In this document: piece by piece, positions 48,266 through 57,576 of the stretch
How positions within the stretch are numbered: the stretch's first letter is position 1
Layout of the letters: each line of letters begins with the position of its first letter
Assembly (NCBI GenBank): GCA_037441285.1
Contig: JBBISL010000012.1
Span: 1-57,576 of the forward strand
Length of the DNA: 57,576 nt
From: a candidate division WOR-3 bacterium
Lineage (GTDB): Bacteria > Hydrothermota > Tepidihabitantia > Tepidihabitantales > Tepidihabitantaceae
Reading direction: 5' to 3'
Notes under the pieces: generated by a model
Databases searched by the model: none
Told to the model about the DNA's origin: nothing
Seen by the model: only the letters and a program-made list of their open reading frames with translations
Made by a program: the position numbers and the translations under genes

Positions 48266-48774
48266 ACTGCGGGGTAATACATTTAGACCCAGATTTAACC
48301 GAAAAGTTCACATATTATATAACTTTATGAAAACCGGTTGATTGCCTGGCGGATACGGTCCTGGATACGGTCCCCTCCCTCCTTCCGGGGATGGTAACCA
48401 GGGTCCTGACACCGGCTATTCTTTTTATCCGGACAGGGAGAATCAGGCAGTTACCACCAATGACCGATTTCGGGTAAATGTACTCTGATAATTTCTCAGC
48501 CATTTTTCACCCTACTTTTCTTGGGGCAGGGCGATAAAGTTATCGAGATAATGTTTGTTAAGTACTATCCAGATGGACAGGGAACATAGTTTGATGGGCA
48601 GGATAGTTGGTTGCATAATGGGTTCTATTTTTAGCGGTAGCGTATGAACAGTGAATATTCATAGAGCAAAAGGAAAGTTTCGGGGTAAAAGCAAGGCGTA
48701 AAGATTGGGTAAATTTTGCTTTAAGGGAATTTGGGGTTAGAATCAAGGTGTTTGAGTAAAAGAAAGGAGATGGT

Positions 48775-49254
48775 GTGTTAAAGAAAGATAAGAAGACAAG
48801 GCTGAAGGATGTGGCGTATTGCGGATTGTTCTGCGGTCTTTGTTCCTCAAAGAATCGGATACCGCAACAGGCAAAGGCGCTGCGGCAGACGATGCACAAT
48901 GAGGGCTGGGATTTGTGGGGAAATGAGTTTGCCGGATTTAAGGAGTTCTGGAGGTTTCTTAATGGACTGGTAAAAGGAGCCTGTCCAGGATGTCGGCAGG
49001 GTGGCGGTCCACCGTTTTGCGGAATCAGAAAGTGCGCCCGGAGAAGAAGGGTGGACAGTTGCGTGTTCTGTAAGGATTGGCCCTGTGAGCGGATTAAAGG
49101 ACTGGCAAAGGGGTATCATACCCTGATTCCTGATGCCGAACGGATGAAAAAAATCGGCCTGGATAGATGGTTGAAGGAGCAGGTGCAAAGGGCAAAGACC
49201 GGTTTCTGTTATTGTGATATTCGCTGCCAGCCCTATACGATTGCAAAGGATTGA
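48775..49254 (+). CDS. DUF3795 Cys-rich (Fe-S/Zn) protein
   Basis: AYCGLFCGLC, CPGCR, CGIRKC, CVFC..WPC. Confidence 0.82.
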   Translation: MLKKDKKTRLKDVAYCGLFCGLCSSKNRIPQQAKALRQTMHNEGWDLWGNEFAGFKEFWRFLNGLVKGACPGCRQGGGPPFCGIRKCARRRRVDSCVFCKDWPCERIKGLAKGYHTLIPDAERMKKIGLDRWLKEQVQRAKTGFCYCDIRCQPYTIAKD

Positions 49255-49276
49255 AGAGATTGAAAGGAGAGGACAG

Positions 49277-49648
49277 ATGAAGGAAAGAAAGGTCGCATAT
49301 TGCGGGATAGTGTGCAGTGACTGTCCGGCGTATATTGCAACTCGGAACGGTGACAAGAAGTTGCTTGCTGAGACCGCAAAGAAGTGGTCATCACCGACCT
49401 GGGAGGTTAAGCCCGAGGATATTGTCTGTGACGGTTGTGTTCAGGGTAAGCGGCGGGCAAAGTTCTGTTATGAGTGTCCAACAAGGAACTGCGGGGTGGC
49501 ACGGAAGGTGAAGAACTGCGGCTGGTGTGATGATTATCCCTGTGAGACGCTGAAAGGGCACTGGGAGCGGTTTAAGATTCCCGAGCAGCAAACGATTTTA
49601 GATGAGGAGCACCGTCAAAAGCGGGCGACGAAGGGTAAAAGCGAATAA
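49277..49648 (+). CDS. DUF3795 Cys-rich (Fe-S/Zn) protein
   Basis: AAAGGAG RBS and ATG 49277; AYCGIVCSDCPAY, CDGC, C..C..R.C, CGWCDDYPC. Confidence 0.85.
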   Translation: MKERKVAYCGIVCSDCPAYIATRNGDKKLLAETAKKWSSPTWEVKPEDIVCDGCVQGKRRAKFCYECPTRNCGVARKVKNCGWCDDYPCETLKGHWERFKIPEQQTILDEEHRQKRATKGKSE

Positions 49649-49705
49649 GTACCAGAGCCGTCGCATAAAGTTGCCTGATATTTTTTTGTCATTACAATAA
49701 GTACG

Positions 49706-52297
49706 ATGAATCATCGGGAGTTGCGCCGTACATTTCTTGAGTTTTATGCCCAGCGGGAGCATAAGATTGTTCCCAGTTCATCTCTGATTCCAAGGGACGA
49801 CCCAACACTTCTGTTTACCAGTGCCGGGATGGTGCAGTTTAAGGCGCTCTGGGCAGGCGCGGTGGAGTTGCCATACCGACGGGCATGTTCGGTCCAGAAG
49901 TGTCTAAGGGCATCGGACCTGGAAAAGGTGGGGAAGACGCCAAGGCACTGCACCTTTTTTGAGATGCTGGGCAACTTTTCGTTTGGCGACTATTTTAAGG
50001 CAGAGGCAATTCCCTGGGCTTGGGAGTATTTGACACAGGTGGTGAAACTTGACCCGGCAAAACTTTATGTTTCGGTTTTTGAGGAGGATGAGGAGGCGTT
50101 TGAGGTGTGGCATAAGAAGGTGGGTTTGCCCGAGAAGAAAATTTATCGGCTGGGTGAGAAGGACAACTTCTGGGGTCCGGCGGGCGGAACTGGTGCCTGC
50201 GGTCCCTGTTCGGAGATTTATGTTGACCTGGGTCCTGAGTTTGGTTGCGGTAAGGAAAGTTGTGGTCCGGGTTGTGATTGCGACCGGTTTTCTGAGGTTT
50301 ACAATATCGTGTTTCCCCAGTTTAATCAGTTGCCCGATGGCAGCCGGGAGCCGTTGAAGAATCGGGGGATTGACACCGGTATGGGCTTGGAGCGGCTGGC
50401 AATGGTTTCGCAGGGGAAGAGGACGATTTTTGAAACCGACCTGTTTTTGCCACTGGTGCGGGCAACTGAGGAGATTCTGAACAAAGATTTAGACATTGAA
50501 AACCGGCCGATGTTTTATGTGGCGGTGGACCATGCCCGGGCTTTGACTTTTGCGATTACCGATGGCGCAATTCCGTCCAATGAGGGCCGGGGTTATGTAT
50601 TGCGGAACATTTTGCGCCGCGCCTTGCTGTTTGCGTTTCGTGGCGGGGTACAGGAGCCGTTTCTTTATCAGGTGTGTGGTGCGGTGGTTGAGTTGATGCG
50701 GCAGTTTTACCCGGAGTTGACCGCAAAACGGGAGCAGGTGGCTTTGATTGTCCGCGCCGAGGAGGAACGGTTTTTGCGGACGCTGGCGGCAGGTCTGGAG
50801 CGGTGGGAAGAGACCCGGGCGCGCTGTCAAAAGGATGGGCTGATTCCCGGTGAGGAGCTTTTTAAGTTGCACGACACTTACGGGTTTCACATTGAACTGG
50901 TGGCGGAACTGGCAGAAGGTTCCGGACTGAAACTGGACCGGGAAGGTTTTGAGCGGGCGATGCAGGAGCAGAAGGAGCGGAGCCGGAAGGCAACATTTAT
51001 CACCACCGGGACCGGTGGTGCACCGCTTGAAGCCGGTACGGGCGGTGCGGTGGAGTTTGTTGGCTATGATAGCGATGAGACCGAGAGCGAGTTGGTGAGT
51101 TTTGTCCGGCAGGATGATGGAAGTTATGAGCTGATTCTACGCCGAACCCCATTTTACGCAGAAGCGGGTGGTCAGGTTGGCGATACCGGTCGGGTTGTGG
51201 GTGAGGGTTTTGAGTTTGAGGTGCAGGACAGTTACTTCAAGCATGGGGTGCGGGTTTTGCGGGCGGTTTTGAAGTCGGGTGAGCCGAAAACCGGGGTGGT
51301 GTTTGCGGCGATTGATAAAGAGCGGCGGCGGGAGATTGAGCGGGCGCACACCGCGACCCATCTTTTGCATGCGGCGTTGCGCCGGGTGCTGGGTGATTAT
51401 GTTAAACAGGAGGGTTCGCTCGTGGAACCCGGGCGGTTGCGCTTTGATTTTGCCGCATTTGAGCCGCTGAAGCCGGAGCAGATTGGTGAGGTGGAGCGGC
51501 TGGTTTACGAAGCGGTTTTGCGCAACATAAAGGTGGAGCGGCTGGTTGATGTACCTTTGGAGGAGGCGAAGCGGATGGGCGCACTGGCGTTTTTTGGCGA
51601 GCAGTACGGCGAGCGGGTGCGGGTTTTGAAGATTGGCGATTTTTCGATGGAGCTGTGCGGCGGGACCCATCTGCGTCGAACCGGCGAGGTTGGGCTTTTG
51701 CGGATTGTTGCCGAGACCGGTGTTGCCGCGGGCATCCGGCGGATTGAAGCGGTTGTGGGCCGGCAGGCGTTTGAGCGGGTGAAGCGGGAACGGCAGACCC
51801 TGGACCAGATTGAGGAGCACCTTGGTGTGAGCGAGGAGGCACTTTTTAAGAAGGTGGTTGCCCTGACCGAGGAGTTGAAGCGGGTTGAGGCAAGGGTGCG
51901 GCAGTTGTCGGCACAACTGGCACGCAATGCTGCAGCCGAGCTCGTGTCCGGCGCGGAAACGATTGCCGGGGTTCAGGTGGTGCAGGGCGACTTTCCCTTT
52001 TTTGAGGTGGAGGAGTTACGCATCATTATTGACCGACTGCGGGAGTTGCTGATGGGAAGTTATGCGGTTTTGTTGACCGGCGCGGTGAGTGGCGAACGGT
52101 TGCGTTTTGTGGTGACGGTGAGCCCGGATTTGCAGGATAAGCTGCCGGCGGGGAAGTTGGCAAAAATCGTGGGTAGCGCGATGGCAGGTGGCGGTGGTGG
52201 TAAGCCGGACATTGCTGAAGGGGGTGGCAGGGTTGACCGGCGTGATGCGGGCAGGCAGGCTTTAAAACAGGCGTTGACTGATGCCCATTATGGGTAA
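49706..52297 (+). CDS. alaS: Alanyl-tRNA synthetase
   Basis: DPTLLFT.AGMVQFK, FFEMLGNFSFGDYFK, IDTGMGLER, HTATHLLH, ELCGGTH, GGGG.P. Confidence 0.97.
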   Translation: MNHRELRRTFLEFYAQREHKIVPSSSLIPRDDPTLLFTSAGMVQFKALWAGAVELPYRRACSVQKCLRASDLEKVGKTPRHCTFFEMLGNFSFGDYFKAEAIPWAWEYLTQVVKLDPAKLYVSVFEEDEEAFEVWHKKVGLPEKKIYRLGEKDNFWGPAGGTGACGPCSEIYVDLGPEFGCGKESCGPGCDCDRFSEVYNIVFPQFNQLPDGSREPLKNRGIDTGMGLERLAMVSQGKRTIFETDLFLPLVRATEEILNKDLDIENRPMFYVAVDHARALTFAITDGAIPSNEGRGYVLRNILRRALLFAFRGGVQEPFLYQVCGAVVELMRQFYPELTAKREQVALIVRAEEERFLRTLAAGLERWEETRARCQKDGLIPGEELFKLHDTYGFHIELVAELAEGSGLKLDREGFERAMQEQKERSRKATFITTGTGGAPLEAGTGGAVEFVGYDSDETESELVSFVRQDDGSYELILRRTPFYAEAGGQVGDTGRVVGEGFEFEVQDSYFKHGVRVLRAVLKSGEPKTGVVFAAIDKERRREIERAHTATHLLHAALRRVLGDYVKQEGSLVEPGRLRFDFAAFEPLKPEQIGEVERLVYEAVLRNIKVERLVDVPLEEAKRMGALAFFGEQYGERVRVLKIGDFSMELCGGTHLRRTGEVGLLRIVAETGVAAGIRRIEAVVGRQAFERVKRERQTLDQIEEHLGVSEEALFKKVVALTEELKRVEARVRQLSAQLARNAAAELVSGAETIAGVQVVQGDFPFFEVEELRIIIDRLRELLMGSYAVLLTGAVSGERLRFVVTVSPDLQDKLPAGKLAKIVGSAMAGGGGGKPDIAEGGGRVDRRDAGRQALKQALTDAHYG

Positions 52298-53398
52298 TCA
52301 GTTGCTTTCCGGAGCAGGGTATTGCAGCTCTAAAATTTTCTTGACAATCTCCCGGCGTTCCATGGTGTCGGCGCGGTAGTCCGGTAAAAGGTCGTAGTTT
52401 TGTATCATATAGCCGGGCCAAAAGTAGCGTTGCTGGGTCATAAAGTCCAGTGCCGAAACCGAGTCCCGGTCGTGCAGGAAGTAAGCAATCTGTTTTTCCA
52501 TTTCCGGATAGATGGGCAGATAGCAGGATAAGGTCATGGCGTAGCGGTCCAGAGTTACGGGCCTGCCTTCGCTGACCAGAACTGCGGTTCGGATGCGGTC
52601 CGGGGTGAACTTTTGATGGCGCAACTGGCTGATGAGCTGTTTTGTTTCCGAATAGGTGAGGTCGGTGTCAGGACCGATGATGGCGAAGAGGCGCTGGAGC
52701 AGGATGTCAGCAATCCGGGTGTCGGCAAGACGCCAGAGGCGGAGGGCAATGGTTTTGATGAAGTTGAGGGTGTTACGACAGCGGTCCAGGTCATCGTAAG
52801 TTAAGCCGTTGCGCCGGCGGACAAATTTGAGCGCCTGGTCCGGGTCAGCAAGTTTTATCGTGCCCAGGGAGATGGTGCCAAGGATGGAGCGGAGCAGGCG
52901 AAATGTCATCCGGAAGGAGTCAAAGTCAAAGGCGATGAAGCGGTGGATTTTGATGTCAAGGAGGTGTTCGAGGGTGCGGCGCAAAAGCGGCTCGCCACCG
53001 ATGGCGTAGGTGTGGGTGATTTTTTCCATTGCGTTAAAGTCGGTAGGTGATGTTGCCGATGTGACACCGGGCACGATGACGAGAAGGTCACGGGGAACCG
53101 CGAAAAGGTTGAGACGGTTTTCGTTTAAGTTGATATGACAGATGACGATGATGTCGGAATGGGCGGTTTTTTCGCGGGGGATGCGGGTTGTGCCGCCGCG
53201 GTCCTGAGCCGGATTTAAAGCACGGGCATCTTTGCCGATGATGAGGATGTTGATAACGCCTTCTGGTCCGGGTTTCAGGGTGGATTCGATTTTGCGGTAA
53301 GGATGAGGGATAACGAAGTAGTAGAGAAGGGCAAGGATAATAAGGAGGACAAAAAGGACGATGGGCAGTAGCAGGCGCCGGAATTTAATCGGTGACAT
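52298..53398 (-). CDS. LCP (LytR-CpsA-Psr) family protein
   Basis: N-terminal TM, NILIIGKD, SD.I, VPRD, KI.H.Y..GG, ALKFVR.R...D..R. Confidence 0.82.
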   Translation of the reverse strand: MSPIKFRRLLLPIVLFVLLIILALLYYFVIPHPYRKIESTLKPGPEGVINILIIGKDARALNPAQDRGGTTRIPREKTAHSDIIVICHINLNENRLNLFAVPRDLLVIVPGVTSATSPTDFNAMEKITHTYAIGGEPLLRRTLEHLLDIKIHRFIAFDFDSFRMTFRLLRSILGTISLGTIKLADPDQALKFVRRRNGLTYDDLDRCRNTLNFIKTIALRLWRLADTRIADILLQRLFAIIGPDTDLTYSETKQLISQLRHQKFTPDRIRTAVLVSEGRPVTLDRYAMTLSCYLPIYPEMEKQIAYFLHDRDSVSALDFMTQQRYFWPGYMIQNYDLLPDYRADTMERREIVKKILELQYPAPESN

Positions 53399-54662
53399 TA
53401 AGTTGAATAGGGTAGCCGGTGAATTTGAACTGGTCACGGATAAGGTTAAGGACATAGCGCAGGTAGCGTCGGTCGGCAGCATCCGGGTTCGAGAGGCGCA
53501 GGCGAAATGTTGGTGGTCGGATGCCGGTCTGGGTTAGACTTAAGACCCGACAGTGTGGTTTTGGCGGGGTGGATTTGAGTTGTTCCAGGATGGTGGTGCG
53601 CAGGAACTGGACACTGATACGCATTGCACCGGAGTGGTAGACCGCTTTTGCCTGACGGATGGCGTCAAGGACACCTTTGCCTTTCAGGGCGCAGGCATAA
53701 ACCAGCGGGGCGTATTGGACGAAGTGGAGTTGCCGGGTGATGTAGTCACGGGTCTTTTTCTCCAGTTCCTTAGGAACCAGGTCGATTTTGTTGGCAATGA
53801 TGACAAGTCCTTTGTTTTTTTTCTCGGCGAGGTTGATGATGCGTTTGTCCTGAGCGGTTGGTCCTTCATGGGCGGCGATGATTATCAGGGCGATGTCGCA
53901 CCGGTCAATGGCGGCAAGGGCGCGACGCACCGAGTAGAATTCGACCGGCTCGTCGATGCGGGCGCGGCGCCGAATGCCAGCGGTGTCGATGATACGGTAG
54001 GTTTCACCTTCAAACTGGAAGGTTTCTTCAATTGTGTCCCGGGTTGTGCTCGGTTGCGGCGTAACAATCGCCCGCTCTTTGCCAAGGAGTTGGTTTAAGA
54101 AGGTGGATTTACCAACATTGGGCCGGCCCAGAATTGTCAAAGCGATTTCTTTTGTGGTGCGGGCGGGCGGTTCTGGGGGCAAAAACCGGACGATTTCGTC
54201 TAAAAGTTCGGCAACACCGGTGCCGTGCTCAGCGGATATGGCAAAGATTTTGGTGGCGCCGAGACGGTGAAAGTCGGAAATGTCAAAGTGGCGCTTGACA
54301 TCGCATTTGTTGACGGCGAGGAGGAACTGTTTGCCCTGACGGCGCAGGCGCCGGGCGATTTCTTCGTCAAGGGGCAGTAAACCGGCGACACCGTCAACAA
54401 CCAGAACTACTACCGTTGATTCGTTAAGGGCGAGTTCCACCTGGTGGGCAATTTCTTTTTCCAGAAACTCTTCAGCGTCGGGCACGAAGCCACCGGTGTC
54501 CATAACGGAAAATGTCCGGCCGCACCATTCTGCCGTGCGTACCAGACGGTCGCGGGTGATGCCCGGTTCCTTCAGGGTGATGGCAATACGGCCCCCTACC
54601 AGGCGGTTGAAGAGGGTTGATTTACCGACATTGGGTCGGCCGACAATTGCAACGCTTGCCAT
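53385..54662 (-). CDS. der: Ribosome biogenesis GTPase Der (EngA)
   Basis: Two GRPNVGKS G1 motifs, DTGG/DTAG, NKCD/NKID, C-terminal KH-like domain. Confidence 0.95.
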   Translation of the reverse strand: MASVAIVGRPNVGKSTLFNRLVGGRIAITLKEPGITRDRLVRTAEWCGRTFSVMDTGGFVPDAEEFLEKEIAHQVELALNESTVVVLVVDGVAGLLPLDEEIARRLRRQGKQFLLAVNKCDVKRHFDISDFHRLGATKIFAISAEHGTGVAELLDEIVRFLPPEPPARTTKEIALTILGRPNVGKSTFLNQLLGKERAIVTPQPSTTRDTIEETFQFEGETYRIIDTAGIRRRARIDEPVEFYSVRRALAAIDRCDIALIIIAAHEGPTAQDKRIINLAEKKNKGLVIIANKIDLVPKELEKKTRDYITRQLHFVQYAPLVYACALKGKGVLDAIRQAKAVYHSGAMRISVQFLRTTILEQLKSTPPKPHCRVLSLTQTGIRPPTFRLRLSNPDAADRRYLRYVLNLIRDQFKFTGYPIQLNVTD

Positions 54663-54723
54663 ACGAGTAAGGTAATAGAGTATTGGTTTTCCCACAATAG
54701 TCAAGAGGACTTTATACGCGTTT

Positions 54724-55002
54724 TTAGCGGCGGAGCAGAAATATCAAAAGCAGGGCAAGGGCACCGAGGATTAGGATGCTGATGATGCCGGTCAAGAGGT
54801 AGCGCTGAGTGTGGACCTCTTCGTACTTTTCCTCAATTTCCGGAATTTTGAGCGGCTCCTGTTTGGGGCGGACTTCGTCTTTGACCTCGCCTTTAAATAC
54901 CAGATTACAGACCGGGCAGGAGCGATGAGGCCGATCCATAAGATGACCACACTCCGGGCAGAAGTAGCGATTACCTCTTTTGACAATTGGTGCCTCAGCC
55001 AT
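54724..55002 (-). CDS. Small zinc-ribbon membrane protein
   Basis: CPECG...CPVC, C-terminal TM helix; TTGACA-17-TATCAT upstream. Confidence 0.75.
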   Translation of the reverse strand: MAEAPIVKRGNRYFCPECGHLMDRPHRSCPVCNLVFKGEVKDEVRPKQEPLKIPEIEEKYEEVHTQRYLLTGIISILILGALALLLIFLLRR

Positions 55003-55208
55003 AGTTAAGCCGTGTTTATGATAAAGGGGAATTTGTTTTTTGTCAAGCGTGGCGTAACCCTGTTTTTGGGGGGCTAAAAAAGCCGTTTATTCCCCCTTGA
55101 ATCTGCTTGACAGAGGGCAATTTGTTATCACAATAGAAGCAGTTACACCTGAGGGTGTAACAGGAGACGATGGTTTCTAACCGCCCTTATGGGCAGAAAG
55201 GAGAGGTA

Positions 55209-55490
55209 ATGCCACGTGGTCAAGCTCTGATGAATCGCACGGTGAAGCTTACCGATGCGATGCAGCCGGTCTTTGGTCCCGGAAAGGTAATCAAGGTAAA
55301 AGACATCAACAAGAAACTGTGGGCTTATGTGAAGAAGCATAAGCTGATGACCGGTACCGGTCCGTTGATGAAGCGCTCAATCAAACTGACCCCGGACCTG
55401 CAAGCGCTGTTTGGCAAAAAGGCTTCGGTCAAGGTCAGTGAGATGATGAAACTGCTCTGGGCGTACATTCGGAAGAACAACCTGTTCTAA
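55209..55490 (+). CDS. SWIB/MDM2-like protein made of two tandem repeats
   Basis: AAAGGAG RBS and ATG 55209; two copies of LM.R.(V/I)KLT...Q..FG.....V.....K.LWAY(V/I)(K/R)K..L. Confidence 0.8.
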   Translation: MPRGQALMNRTVKLTDAMQPVFGPGKVIKVKDINKKLWAYVKKHKLMTGTGPLMKRSIKLTPDLQALFGKKASVKVSEMMKLLWAYIRKNNLF

Positions 55491-55514
55491 CCGAGCGTCC
55501 AGAAGAAGCATAAT

Positions 55515-55548
55515 AAGGCGACCCCCTATTATTGGGGGTTAGCCTTTT
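55515..55548 (+). terminator. Intrinsic terminator
   Basis: AAGGCGACCCCC-loop-GGGGGTTAGCCTT followed by TT. Confidence 0.6.
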
Positions 55549-55639
55549 AATGAGGGGTGTCTGTAAATATGTTTTTAAGTTGCTGTTTATCAATTGGTTG
55601 CGAATTTAAAGGTTATACTAAAATCCCTTTATTTTTTGC

Positions 55640-55709
55640 TTGACTGACGATTTTAGTTTTATTATTATTAAGTTAGCCAATTTGACATAGAAAAATTTGC
55701 TCTTTGACA
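55640..55709 (+). promoter_or_regulatory. rRNA promoter and boxA antiterminator
   Basis: AT-rich upstream tract, TTGACT-17 nt-TATTAT (55640-55668), boxA TGCTCTTTGACA (55698-55709). Confidence 0.75.
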
Positions 55710-55737
55710 ATTTGGAGAAGAGGCAGGCTGATATTCA

Positions 55738-57576
<1,839 letters not shown>

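Noticed and set aside
48360..48420. SRP RNA on the minus strand (GTCAGG...CCGGAAGG)
   Set aside because: The domain IV motif is interrupted and the following AGCAGC is absent.

Overview
Bacterial genomic window, about 55% GC by eye. The many secreted proteins with T9SS-type C-terminal domains and the anaerobe-type enzymes suggest an FCB-group relative such as candidate division WOR-3 (inference). Contents: large Kelch/SBBP beta-propeller surface proteins, housekeeping genes (ispG, murA, recO, ybeY, phoH, pruA, archaeal-type pheS/pheT, recA, recX, trxA, alaS, der) and the 5' part of a 23S rRNA gene with no 16S upstream. The standout is a 12.6-kb same-strand cluster (5634-18229): SAM methyltransferase, CxxC thiol proteins, Cys-type SelD, corrinoid protein, two MtaA/UroD-like methyltransferases, corrinoid reactivator, two HgdB/double-cubane-like proteins and their ATPase activator. 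Its 230-nt leader holds three tiny ORFs chained by AUGA overlaps. Both junction UGA codons are followed, exactly 14 nt later, by covarying hairpins with the same GGUCU loop, resembling bacterial SECIS elements. I interpret this (inference, untested) as a selenocysteine-sensing leader-peptide switch controlling a selenium-starvation, organoselenium-scavenging operon.
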